From positions 1 through 64,000 of the forward strand of contig CAXHJY010001137.1 in assembly GCA_964016885.1 (NCBI GenBank): DNA of 64,000 nt, given 5' to 3'. Positions 24,173 through 37,560 of this stretch are shown piece by piece. Each line of letters starts with the position of its first letter. Within the stretch, counting starts at the first letter, position 1. The DNA comes from Eledone cirrhosa (taxonomy: Eukaryota). The position numbers were made by a program, and so were the translations under genes. The notes beneath the pieces are model-generated. The model was not told where the DNA came from. It searched no databases and saw nothing but the letters and a program-made list of their open reading frames with translations.

Positions 24173-24701
24173 CATGCACACATATATATATGTACGTATG
24201 GATTCACCGAACATTTATTATAATGCTCGGTGTGTTTGTAAACAAACATCCCGAATTAAGCCGTACAGTGTCTAGCAACCATCGTTGCTCATTTGTTCAA
24301 CACTGACAAAGGAACGCTGTACTAGTTTCAAGCTTATTAGCTATCGTCAGCAACGTATACCTTCGTGCCAGATGGTTGAACGTCTGAAAGTATATACTTT
24401 CCTTATGCATATTAACGGTTGAGCAGCCTAATTTGCATATCGAGTGATATGCAAATTAGGCTGAATAGGCTAATAAGCTTGAAACTAGTACAGCGTTCCT
24501 TTGTCAGTGTTGAACAAATGAGCAACGATGGTTGCTAGACACTGTACGGCTTAATTCGGGATTTTTGTTTACAAACACACCGAGCATTATAATAAATGTT
24601 CGGTGAATCCATACGTACATATATATATATGTGTGCATGTATGTATATACATAATACTATACGTCTGTATATATATATGTATGTACGTATACATACTTAT
24701 A
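24047..24701. mobile_element. Penelope-like fold-back remnant (arms 24047-24341 and 24469-24701)
   Basis: Reverse-complement arms nearly identical outside the (TA)n tract; carries a hammerhead. Confidence 0.75.
24315..24355 (-). ncRNA. Minimal type I hammerhead ribozyme
   Basis: Minus strand: cgttg-CTGACGA-t agct aata agct t-GAAA-CTAG-TA-cagcg; palindromic ACTAGT stem III. Confidence 0.8.
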
Positions 24702-26285
24702 TTTAAGTAACAGCCGTACTAAGAGTGAGAAATGAAATTTCGTTTCATTTTTTCCGTTTAAATATTATTTACATCTAATGAATATGATTTACATATAAAA
24801 ACTATATAACAAATAGTATTTACATATAAACATTATATAATGGTTTCTGATTTAGGCACAAGGTCAACAATATTTGGGGAGGGTAAAGTTGATTAAATCA
24901 ACCCCAGTGCATTACTGGTACTGTATTTTATCAACCTCATAGGGATGAAAAGCAAAGCTAATCTCGGCAGGATTTGAACACAGAATGTAAACTCTATATA
25001 ATGAAAATGATTTACATATAATCACAATCTATGTATTAGTCACGAATGACTGATTTTGCACCTAGAAAGTTCCTCTCTGCAGCACAAGCCTAGATAAGAT
25101 GTGTTTGTGGCAGACCAGTTGGCCATGCAGGCCAGTCTCCCCTCTCCACACCACCTATGTTGTTCAAGGGAAAGGAGGCAATGGCCAATACAGTGATGTC
25201 GCAACTCATTTCTACAGCTGAGTGGACTGGAGCAATGTAAAATAAAGTGTTTTGCTCAAGAACACAACGCACCAGGATTCGATCTCACAACCTTACGATT
25301 GTGAGCTGAACGCTCTAACCACTAAGCCACGCGCCTTCACATCACAATCTATATAAATATTATTTACCACTCTCACTCCCTCTATCATATACCCCCCCCC
25401 CCCACCCCGCGCTCACTAGAAGAAATCAGCTGTTCATACCTATATGTAATGACAGCGACCCTACAACTCCAAGTGTCCATCCTTTTTTAAGATGGTATGG
25501 TGTAATTTGAGGGAGATTTTGCTGTTTTTTCTAGTAAATTAAGGAGTGATCACATAGAGGGTCCCACATTGATTAGTAATAAAAAGTAAATTGTGGTGAT
25601 TGATCACAGTGTAATATTAAGGTGAGGTCAACTTTGCCTTTCATCCTTTTGAGGTCGGTAAAAAAGTCTAATAGTGGAATCGATTCTTCCTCTATATCTC
25701 TTTTTCACTTCCATTTTCTCACTCTCTATTCTTCTCTGGAAGAAATCTGCTGTATACAGACCTGAAGAGGAGATGGGCTTCGCCAGGTTTAAAAATGCCC
25801 TAGAAACGCCATATGTAAATATGGCACCTCTATGATTCCCTCATGAGTTATGAGACTATGCATGCATGCATTCTGAGTTGAAATCTTGCTGAGGTCAGCG
25901 TTACCTTTTATCTTCATAAGCTTTGATAAATAATGTCTTAATTCATATTCACTACTTTTATTTTTCGTATAAGACAGCAATCAGGGGACATCCCCAGTTG
26001 CTTCAACCAGCTCATGCTAGTGGGATTAGGATGTGTGAAGTCCACACTCTCAGATGATGGTGATGGTGGTGATGATGGTAATGGTGATGAGGATAAAGAT
26101 GATGATGATGGTAGAGGTGATGATGATGATGGTGGTGGTGACAATGATGATGATAAGGAGGAGGAGGGGTGATAATGGTGATATTGATGATGATGATGAT
26201 GATGATGATGTGAATAATACAAAGTTTTGGTGGTCAAGAAAGAGAACTCTCTCCCAAAGATTCTGTGTGTGGCTATATAGATATG

Positions 26286-26556
26286 TTTCTTTATTAGCCA
26301 CAGGGGCACAAAAGAGGGGGACAAATACAAAGGGGGAAGTTTACATATAATAAAAACGTGTAAAATTCTATCACAAATGCAATTTAAAAATTAATCGATT
26401 TTCCCCAATAGGGGGAGACATTACATATGGGTAACACATACCCCCGAAAAAATGTGCAACACTCATCTCCAGGAGTACAAAGAGTTTGTACCTCCTTTCC
26501 TCTCTTCCTCTTTTTCCTCAACCTACAGGCTGATATAGAGTGAAGGCCCATTCACT
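26286..26556 (-). mobile_element. Short 5'-truncated Tx1 copy B (last codons plus 3'UTR)
   Basis: RVNGPSLYISL* matches the ORF2 end RVNGPSLYTIL*; ends AATAAAGAAA. Confidence 0.88.
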
Positions 26557-26572
26557 CGGCTATATAGATAGA

Positions 26573-27431
26573 TTTCTTTATTAGCCACAAGGGCGCAACA
26601 AGAAAGGAGACAATACAAAGACATGCCGGGGATTTTACATACAGTCGTGTAAAAAATATAAAAACAAACAATTTCAACAATCGAAATCCCCAATAGGGGG
26701 GAGGCGCCACAAATGGGTTGTTTAATACCCCGTCGATAGAACAACCCTCAACTCGAGGAGCGTGTTGTGCAAGTGCTCCTTTCTTCCTTTTGCTCTCTTC
26801 CTCAACCTACAGGCTTATAAACAGAGAAGGCCCAATCACTCGGGCCATTTTCGCTTCATTCACCCACCTTTCAGTAAATTTACTGGGGTGCAGTGCCTCT
26901 CTCTCCACCCTGATTCTCCTTCTAAAGTGATACTTAAAGAAGGGAATCAATTGTTGTCCGGAGAGAAAGGCATCTGTCCTCAGTCCTCTCAACCTCGTCC
27001 ACCATATAACTTCTTTCACCATAGCCACCGTACAGAGGAAAACCGCCTCTCTTTCGTTTTTGAAAGAGTCTGGCAGTTTGATCCTTACTATGGACTCGGC
27101 AGTCAACTGTATTTGTCCCATACGCGACAGCAGTTGTTCTGCATAGTTCCACAGGTCGCTTACGCCCGGGCAGTGTACAATTGCGTGCAGAACTGTTTCA
27201 ATGTCCTGCGCACATCTTGGACACGTCCTCTTGGAAGGATCCCTGCCAGGGCGTCCGTGCCTGTAGATCTTGTCACGAACCGGTAGAGCTCCTCGGTAGC
27301 ACTGCCAGGCCAGGGACCTCTGGAAGTTGTCCATAGGTCCCGGGCGGAAAGTCCTACCAAACAGACTGGTGAGCTCATCGTCTTCGACGCCCAGAGTCTC
27401 TCCGAGCACGTCGTCGCCCTTGTAACGTACA
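26573..27431 (-). mobile_element. 5'-truncated Tx1 copy A (ORF2 C-terminus plus 3'UTR)
   Basis: ORF 26807-27409 is clearly homologous to the ORF2 C-terminus (GPMDNFQ.SLAWQCYRGALPVR..CPRC); 16-bp TSD at 26557-26572 and 27432-27447. Confidence 0.93.
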
Positions 27432-27469
27432 CGGCTATATAGATAGATAGTTAGATAGAAAGAAAGGGC

Positions 27470-27525
<56 letters not shown>

Positions 27526-27899
27526 GAGAGATGATTCTGAACAGAGAATATTAATAGAATCTCTATTGTCTGCCATTATTTTATGCCAGTTTTATGAGGT
27601 TCTCTAAGTTTTATGAGTGTTGTTTTTATGATGTTTTTAAGTGTGAATTCCTTGATTATTGGTGATAACGAAGATCTCATTTGTTTCTTTGTTTGGTGTG
27701 TGTAATTGTGGTGGTGTGTGAAGGGTAAGATCTCTTCCCACACCACAACAACTACCCACTTTCCCCACCACCACAATTTTGAAGAAAGCACATGGCTTAG
27801 TGGTTAGAGTGGTGGATTCAAAATCATAAGGTCATAGATTCACTTTCTGGTCCAGGTAGTGCGTTGAGATTTTCTTGAGCAAAATACTTCCTTTCATGA

Positions 27900-28275
27900 T
27901 ATGAGGGTCCCTATAATTAAAACATCCAAGACACTTCCTATGAGATACAATCTTGTATGAGGCCAACTAAACCTACATAGATGTGAGTTGTAACAAGTAG
28001 AACATGATATGACTGGTGTCCCTATCTTTAAAACACTTGAGAACCCTCATATGTATGAGGCAAACTAAACCTACATAGGTGTAAGCTGTAACAACAAGTA
28101 AATTATTATAGGACTGGGGTCCCTATCATTAAAACACCAGAGATACAAACTCATATGAGGCCAGTTAAACTTATATAAGTGTGAGCTATAACAACAACAC
28201 AATAAGATTGGTGCCCCTCTCATTAAAACACCCAAGAAAGCTCCTATGAGATGTGACCACATAGGCCAGCTACAC
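27900..28275 (+). repeat. ~75-110-bp diverged tandem repeat, also dispersed at ~29390-29560 (-) and ~33415-33605 (-)
   Basis: Recurrent ccctatcattaaaacac..aaga...cctatgag...gaggccaactaaacctacatag.tgtgag.tgtaa. Confidence 0.7.
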
Positions 28276-29232
28276 TTCCTCATTGCCTTCATGAGTTTAA
28301 ACAAAGCACCAGATTGGTAGCAACGTCTCATCTATTTACAGTTAAAGTTCCTAAATGCAATTGCAAATTCTACAATTTGCAAAACTTCAAAAGCATCAGT
28401 CATCTTCTCTCTCCTTGAATTATGTTCTCTCTGTCTTGTACTTGTCCCTTTTCAATAACCACTTTCATTTTAGGGGCTTTATTGACTTGCTTGGGGTGAG
28501 TAAATTAAAAGAAAATGGTGTGAGCTGTAAAATTCATTTTTCATTTTGCGTGACACAATAGTTAATGTGTTGCCTTCCCCACTTTCCATGATGTTCCATC
28601 CAACAGAATATCATAGTTTAGAGTCTTATTATCATCACCATCATCATCATCATACTCCTCCTCTTCCTCCTCCTCTTCATCATCACCATTGACGGTTGAT
28701 TTAATGTGTTCTTTACTTGGACGTTTTGGAAGCCTCTTTCAAAACTTCTCTCCAGAGTGTTTGTTCCAGGGGTTGGTTATGGTCCAGGTTCTAGGCTTTC
28801 AGATCATCCTTCATTAGATCATAGCTAACTTAGATCATAGATATCTTAATGTCAAGGTCATAGGTTAGATTCTTCAACTAGATGGTGTGTTTTGTTCTTG
28901 AACAAGGCACTTCATTATTTTACATTGTTCCAGTCTACTCAGGTAAAAAATTGTATATCTGCAAGCAATTGGTGTCTTCCTAAGAGGATAACCATATACA
29001 CTCAGTTACTTAATACTTCATGAAACTGAAATAAGATCCAGCCTGTTGAGACTTGATGATCAATAAACACCAGCTTCATCCTCCCACATGAATCATGTCA
29101 GCCACTGATCATTAATCAATTGAGTATTAATGGAGTTGTAGGGACACCATCATATAAGTTGTAAGGGTGTCATCATACAAGTTGTAGGAACACTCTCCAG
29201 GTTTGACCACAGCCTATTTCTTCCAAAGAAAG

Positions 29233-29327
<95 letters not shown>

Positions 29328-31762
29328 GAGAACAACAACTCTGAGCCACTGAAAGCTGGAATGAATAGCCAGCATTCTGTCTGATGCCCTCCTACAAGGC
29401 TACATTTCATAGGAGATTTCTTGGGTATTTTAATTATAGGGGCCTCAGTCATATGTTATTGGTTGTTACAGCTGACACCTATGTATGTTTAACTGGCCTG
29501 TTTCTAGGCTGCATCTCATAGGAGATTTCTTGGGTGCTTTAATGATAGGGGACCCCAACCTATCATAAAAAGTAATGTAAAGTGAAGTGCCTTGCTCAAG
29601 AATACAGCAGTCTAGGAACTGAACCCACATTCTTGTGTCAAACACCCTGATCACTCAACCACGAATAGATTAGATTTGCCTTTTATTTCTAGCCAGCACA
29701 GTGATCACATAGAGGTTCATCTGCTAACTTGTTAGACTGATGGCTGGTTGTTTTCCCTATCGATGGTTTATTTCTCTGATAAGTTGTGTCATGTTACAGT
29801 CTATTGATTATTTATTGATGGTGATTATAGTTTAGTTCTGGTTTGCAGCCAGTACTTGTGTCCTTGCTGTGGTATTATCTGTCATACAGGTCACACTGTT
29901 CTTTACAGTTGGTACATCATCATCATTATCATTATCACCATCATCAACTTCATCACCTCCACCATCATTATCATCATCATTATCATCATCATCACACATT
30001 CATTATCACTAACATCACCATTATCATTATCATCACCATCATCATCATCATTTTATGTCTAATTTCCATGCTGGCCAGGCTGGATGAGTTGTCACAGTCC
30101 AAGACAAAACAGATCATATAACTACATATTTCAGTGTGATTTTATGGTTGGTTGGATGTCTTTCCTAATGCCAACTGTTTTACCCAGTACAAAGTGTACT
30201 GGGTGCATTTTATTGTGGCACAAACATTAGCGAGGTTAAGTCCTTCACAAAATCAAAAAGACTTCTCTACTCTACATTGATTTGGTTTCTATATCAGCCA
30301 CATGGTGTCAAAGGTGTCAGGTTGATGTGAAGGCTGTCATCATAGACTAGGTGTGTCAACCACATGATGAAGGTTTCATGTGGATGTGAAGGCTGTCATC
30401 ATAGACTGGAAAAAGTTAAAAGGGTATATCAGTTACATGGTGTTGAACATGTCAGGTGGAATTGAAGTCTGCCAGAGCTAATCACCAGACCATAGGACCA
30501 CAAGTGATTATGAAAGCTGTAATGAGTGGAGGGGATGACAAATTGGCTGAGTTGTTAGAACATTGGATAGAATGCTTTGTAGTATTTGTTCCAGCTCTCT
30601 GCACTGAGTTCAAGACAAGTCCCACCAAGATCAACTTTGCTTTTCATCCTTTCAAGGTTGATAAAAAAATACCAGTCCAATACTGGGGGTCAATTCTTCT
30701 ATATCTCTTTCTCACTTCCTCTATCTCACTATCTCTCCTTCTCTGGAATAAATCAGCTGTGTTCAGACCTTGAGAGGAGACGGGTTCTGCCAGTTTTAAA
30801 AACTGCTCACGAAATGCTGTATGTTATTACAGTACCCCTATGACTCGATTAGGAGTTATGGGTAAAGAAATGAGTGGTTGGAAAAGGATTGTGACTGAAT
30901 GTTATTGCAGTGGAATAATGGTCAGAGCTAATCACCTGACCACAAGTCCACAACTGATTATAAAAGCTACAATGAGTGGAGAAGGATTACAGTCATCTAT
31001 TACTGCAGTGGAATGATGTCCAGGGCTATGATACTGGCTAACCCAAAGCTACAGGATTCCACACTGTGAGATCGAACATGACTTAATGAGAGCAAAGCAA
31101 ACCACATAACCATTTATCCATACTGCAACAGCAAGACTAGATATATGTTTATCATATGTCAATACATATATCTAAAGTCTAAAGTCTGTCTCAAGCCTGG
31201 GAGCTCATCAGGCTGGTGCTTATCCCTGTTTCCATGGCATTAAGTGACTGAGAGTACAATACTTCCCCTGGCGTCCATTGCAGGGTTAAACTCCCAGCTA
31301 TTGCTGGTACTCATTTTCAACTTGCTCAAGAACAAAACACACAACCCAGTCCAGGAATTGAACCCACAACGTTATAGTCATAAGTCCAACACCTTTACTA
31401 CTAAGCCACACACTTCCGTGAATACATATATACAGTGGTGAATTGACAGAGTGAGTAGAGCATCACACAAATGTGTAGCCGTATTTGTTCTGGCTCTTTA
31501 CATTCTGAGTTCAAATCCCGCCAAAGTCAACTTTGCTTTTTATCCATTCTAAGGACAATAAAATAAGGTATGAGTCAAATATATGTATTGACCCGTAACT
31601 ACTGATGGAGTCATAGAGGCACCATAGTAATATGACATGTCTTGGGGATATTTCAAATCTGGCGGTGCCCATCATTCTCCAGGTCAGATCACAGCCAATT
31701 TCTTCCAGAGAAGGAGAGAGAATGATAGAGAGGAAGTATGAGAAATATATAGAAGAAGAATA

Positions 31763-32507
31763 GAGAGGAACGAAGCTTGCATGCTCCGCTGGATGTGCAA
31801 TAGTAATATACGTGAACGGCAAAGCATAAACGAACTAAGGAAAAAATTAGAAATAAGAGGGATCAGATGTTGTTTACTCGAGAGAAGGCTACGTTGGTAC
31901 GGTCACGTGATGCGCATGAAAGACGACAACTGTATAACAAAGTGCAGGGCAATAAAGATAGACGGTAGCCACGGAGTAGGCAGACCCAGAAAAACATGGG
32001 ACGAGCTGATAAATTCCGACCTCACACGCTTACACCTCTCCAAGACAATGTCACTGGATCGAGACCTTTGGCGGTACTCAGTAATAGAGAAGACCCGCCT
32101 TACCTAAATACAAAGTAAAAACCTACTACAGTCAGTAGGCATCTCTATCAAAACACACCCCCGTCCCACCACCTCCACCCCACCCACACCGCCCCTTTCA
32201 ATGTAAAGTTATGTTGGTCCCACAACATCCAGGCCGAAACAAATGAGATCGTGTAGGTGTCACGACAAAAAAACACACAGTCCACGCTGTAAATGTGGCC
32301 GTGTAGGCAACACGGTAAAAACCTCCCAGCCCCACACTGTAAATGTGGTTGGTGTTAGGAAGGGCATCCAACTGTAGAAAACCCGCCAGACAGTCCTATG
32401 CGAGCAAGACAACTACTCTTGCCTCAAGTGGGAAAACCCCCGTCCAAACCCATGCAAGCGTGGAACACGGACGCTAAACCTGATGATGATGATGATGATG
32501 ATGATGA
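31763..32507 (+). mobile_element. 5'-truncated RTE LINE
   Basis: MLRWMC...RRLRWYGHVMRM...GRPRKTW; complete 3'UTR and (GAT)n tail. Confidence 0.92.
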
Positions 32508-32749
32508 ATAAACGCCAGTCCTGAACTGGTACTTTTTTTATTGATCTCAAAAGGATGAAAGGCAAAGTAGACCACAATAGGTTTTGAACTCAGAGGACGA
32601 ATGCTGCAAAACATTTTATCTGATGTTTTAATGCTGCCTACAAGTCAAATTTTGGAGTTAATATAATTGATTTTCCTTTCCCTTAAATTGCTGGCCTTGT
32701 GCCAAAATTCAAAATCTTTATATGTAAACATATTGTATATGGGTTATGG

Positions 32750-32926
32750 CCAACTGGATAAAAGCTTCTTCACCAATGGGATCCAAGCACTGCAACACTG
32801 ATGGAAGATGTGTGTGGACTGCAAGGAGGGAGGGAGGGGGGAGCTATGATGAAAAACAAATCTCATTTAGTCACATTCCATGAGAGTATTTTGTTCAGCC
32901 TATGAACTTTTCAGCCAACCCTTGTA
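32750..32926 (+). mobile_element. Mariner 3' end fragment
   Basis: FFTNGIQALQH*WKMCVDCKG resembles a mariner C-terminus; ends aacttttcagccaacccttg|TA. Confidence 0.6.
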
Positions 32927-34058
32927 TATACGCCTTTCTATTTTCTGTTTTCATTAGTATTTCTTGATATACAACCTATTATCAGCATAGAGTATTTTTA
33001 TCATCCAGCCTTCATCATGCAGTTACATAATATGTCTGTCTGTACAAGTGCAGTTGATGTCATTAATAACTAACTGCTCTCTCAGTTTTCTTCTGCTCTA
33101 CTCAACTTTCAGGCAAATTAACATAACATACATGATTCCCATCTTTCCAGCTTCTGCAGTTGTTTTACATTAAATACCTAGTGTCTTGCTAACATGTAAC
33201 ATTAATTTTCTCAACCAGGTAAACAGCTAAACTGAACTTCTTCCAACCGTCTCTTACTCCAGCTAATATGTTCTCATAGTATGTTCTCAACACTAATTAG
33301 GTCATTTAAATAATGGAAGTTATCATCTACCTCCACTGAGCTGCCTCAGCAGATTCACCTTGTCAGAATAGTTTTTCTATAAAATGAGAGATAAAAAAAA
33401 AATGGAATGATATGAAATTTACAGCTCATACATATGCAAGTTTAGCTAGTCTCCTATGAGGTTACATCTCATAGGAGGTTTCTTGAGTGTTTTAATGATA
33501 GAGATACCCTCACTCCTATCATGTAATTACAGCTCACACCTATGCAGGTTTAGTTGGCCTCCTATGAGGTTATATTTTATTGGAGGTTTCTTGGATGTTT
33601 TAATAATAAGCTGGTATTAGACAAGATCAACTTCCACAGCATTGTTTTAAAAAGCATGGATCAACCAAGGCTATAGGAGTTATTTCACTAGTTTACTTTC
33701 ATAACTGAGCACTTCCTAAAAGGAGTTTCAGTCTTGAAATTGTGAGGAAAGTCTCAGTTGATTTGAAGTTTTTCCCCCACATATTCAGACAGCAACACTC
33801 AATTTGTATGTTTGCATTTTATGCTAAGCACTTCCCTCGGCCATTTTCACCTTACGCTTTGTTTACCATTATAAAAAAAAACCAGTACACACTGTAAGGA
33901 GGTGGTGTCATAATAAAAACTCCTAGTATACACTGTAAGATGGTAGCACTGATGTCACGAAAAAAGCTCCCAATGCATGCTATAATGTGATAGAACTGGT
34001 GCCATGAAAAAATCCCCCAGTACACACTGTAGGGGGGTAGAACTGGTGCATATATATG

Positions 34059-34087
<29 letters not shown>

Positions 34088-34108
<21 letters not shown>

Positions 34109-36003
34109 ATGAGGAGAATAAATGGGAGAAAGACAGTCTCCCCCACATCGATCCAATAGAGGGACCAGCAGTGCAAGTTGAAGGTAGTATAATAAGTAAG
34201 GCAATCAAAGATATGAAGACGGGTAAGGTGGCCGAGCCTTCGGAAATAGTTGCTGAGATGCTGAAAGCTTCTGGAATGGTGGGACATACTATGGTCACCC
34301 GGATAGTAAACCAAGTCATACAGAATGGGGCCGTTCCGATGGACTGCCGTAGCAGCATCATCATTAACTGCTACAAGGGTAAAGGAGATGCTCTTGATAG
34401 GGGTAACTATAGAGGCATTAAATTAATCGACCAGGTCATGAAGGTCACAGAAAAAGTAATAGCGCAACTAATCAGAGAGCGAATTGATCTAGATGAAATG
34501 CAGTTCGGGTTTGTGTCAGGTAAAAGTACCACAGACGCTCTTTTCATTGTACGACAACTACAAGAGAAGTACCTAGCTAAAAGTAAACCCTTATACTTAG
34601 CTTTTGTTGACTTGGAGGAAGCCTTTGACAGAGTCCCCCGCTCCATTATCTGGTGGGCGCTTAGAAAACTAGGTGTTTATGAATGGCTTGTGAGAGCTAT
34701 ACAAGCCATGTATAAAGAAACAGTCAACAAGGTTAGAATTAACAACGAATATAGTGAAGAGTTTAGAGTAAAAGTTGGTATTCATCAGGGCTCCATTCTT
34801 AGCCCCCTACTATTTATTATTGCCCTTATTGCTATAACAGAGGAGTTCAATACCGGCTGCCCATGGGAACTCCTATATGCAGATGATCTAACGCTCATAG
34901 CTGAATCAATGGCTGAACTAGAGAAGAAATTCCAAACATGGAAGCATGGCCTAGAATCAAAAGACCACTTGTCTAAGACTAAAGTTCTAGTTTGTAGGAA
35001 GGAAATTAGGGCACCGGTCCCATCTGGGAAATGGCCATGCTCAGTGTGTAGGAAAGGAGTAGGCAGAAACTCCATTTTATGTCCCAAATGCAAAGTATGG
35101 GTGCATAAAAGATGTAGTGGGATCACAGGTAAGCTAACTAAGAATATAGATTTTATATGTGGCCGGTGCTCTGGTGCAATAAGTAGCAGCAAGTGCCCAC
35201 AGAATACTATCTCATTCCATTGCACAGATGGTACTATAGAAATAGTGGACACCTTCCGTTACCTGGGTGACAAAATCAGCAGTGGGGGAGGGTGCTCTGA
35301 AAGTACAGTAGCTAGAGTCAGAACGGGATGGAAAAAGTTCAGAGAGCTTATACCACTATTGGCCGCTAAAGGTTTCTCTCTAAAAATGAAAGGCAGGCTG
35401 TATGATGCCTGCATACGAACAGCAATGTTAAATGGCAGTGAGACCTGGGCATTGTGTGCAGAGGATATATGCAGACTGGAGAGAAACGAAGCTTGCATAC
35501 TCCGCTGGATGTGTAATAGTAATATACGTGAACGGCAAAGCATAAAAGAACTAAGGGAGAAATTAGAAATAAGAGGGATCAGATGTTGTTTACTCGAGAG
35601 AAGACTACGTTGGTACGGTCACATGATGGGCATGAAAGACAACAGCTGTATAAAAAGTGCAGGGCGATAAAAATAGACGGTAGCCACGGAGTAGGAAGAC
35701 CCAGAAAAACCTGGGACGACTTGATAAATTCCGACCTCACACACTTACACCTCTCCAAGACAATGTCACTGGACCGAGATCTTTGGCGCTACACAGTCAT
35801 ACAGAAGACCCGCCTTGCCTAAGTACAAAGCGAAACCTACTACAGTCAGTAGGCACCTCTAACAAAATAGGAAGGGCATCAAGCTGTAGAAAACTAAGTC
35901 AAAAACGAATTTTATTACCTATCTGGCCACAGAATGTAAGAAGTTATTTAACCCATGCATGCATGGAAAATGGATGTTATACGGTAATGATGATGATGAT
36001 GAT
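34088..36003 (+). mobile_element. 5'-truncated RTE LINE with RT domain containing a PHD-type finger (defective)
   Basis: ORF 34171-35670: KGKGD..NYRGI, QFGF, DLEEAFDRV, HQGSILSP, YADD, FRYLG; 1-bp deletion near 35652 relative to sibling copies; (GAT)n tail. Confidence 0.93.
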
Positions 36004-36574
36004 GCTGATATATATGTATGTGTTGTATGTGTATGTGTGTATGTGTGTGTGTCTGTATGTATGTGTATATATGTGTGTACAGGCGTATGTGTATGTATGT
36101 ATGTGTCTAATGTATGTGTATATATGTGCATGTGTGTGTCTATGTGTGAGTGTATGTATGTGTGTGTGTACATATACATGTATGTATGGGTGTATGTTTA
36201 TGTGTATATGTGTGTGTAAGTATATGAATGTATGTGTGCGTGTATGTTAGTGTATGTATGTGCATGTGTGTATGTATGTATGTGTGTGTGTATGTGTGTA
36301 TGTCTATGTATGTCTAAATATTGTTCCTTTGTATAATTAATAGCAGCTGAAAGTGACTGAAAGTCCCAATATCTCAGTTTCCAGATTTAAATCAAGGTTT
36401 TGTACCAAACAAGGAATTATTCTATATTGAGCTTCATCATCAAAATATTCCCATCACATTTCCAGAGAGAAGGAGATAGAGAAAGGTAGAGAGAGAAATA
36501 TATATATATATATATATATTTCTTTCTCTCCCTTCTATCTCACTCTATTCTCTCTCCTCTCTCTCTCTCTCTCC

Positions 36575-36607
<33 letters not shown>

Positions 36608-36655
36608 TCTTTCTCTCGCTCCCTTCTATCTCTCCATCTCTCTCCCTCTCCCCCC

Positions 36656-36687
<32 letters not shown>

Positions 36688-36799
36688 TTCTAATAACTAT
36701 AAAGCAACTTTCTGTATTAATACATATTTCATCCATGAAATCAATAAATATATAATCAAGCTGTGTTTTCATCTCTGACATTTAATAGCTAGCTTTCAT

Positions 36800-36933
36800 A
36801 ACTACCACTACCACTACTGTCACCACTACCACTAATACCACTACTATCACTGCTGCCATTGCTACCATCACTACTGCTACCACCATTACTACTGCTACTA
36901 CTACTACTACTACTACTACTACCACTAGTACTG

Positions 36934-36994
<61 letters not shown>

Positions 36995-37560
36995 CACTAC
37001 TGTCACTACTACCACTGCTACCACCACCACCACTACTACTACCACCACTACTGCCATCATTACTACTATTACTACTACTAATATCACTATTATCACTACT
37101 GTTACTACTGCCATCACCACTACCACTACTGCTACCATTACTACCATCACCACCACAACCCATACCACAACTGCCACTACCACCACCACTGCTGTCACCA
37201 CCACCATCAACACTACCACCATCACCACTACCACCATTACCACCACCACTCTGTCACCACCACCATCACTACTACCACCATTACCACCACCACCATCATC
37301 ACTACTGCCACCATTACCACCACCATCATCACCGCCTTCATCTCTATTACCACCACCACCATCTCCACTACCACCATCACCACCATCACTAGTGCCACTG
37401 CTGCCACCACCATTACCACTACTACCACTGCAATTCCCACCATCACCACCATCACCATCACCACCACCACTGCCACCGCCACCACCACCATCATCATCGT
37501 CACCACCACCATCATCACCTCCACCACCATCATCACCTCCACCACCACCACTATCATCAT
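36800..37560. repeat. (CTA)n/(CCA)n trinucleotide array
   Basis: Direct inspection. Confidence 0.95.

Noticed and set aside
25270-25340. tRNA gene
   Set aside because: A/B-box head continues into a SINE body; no cloverleaf or terminator.
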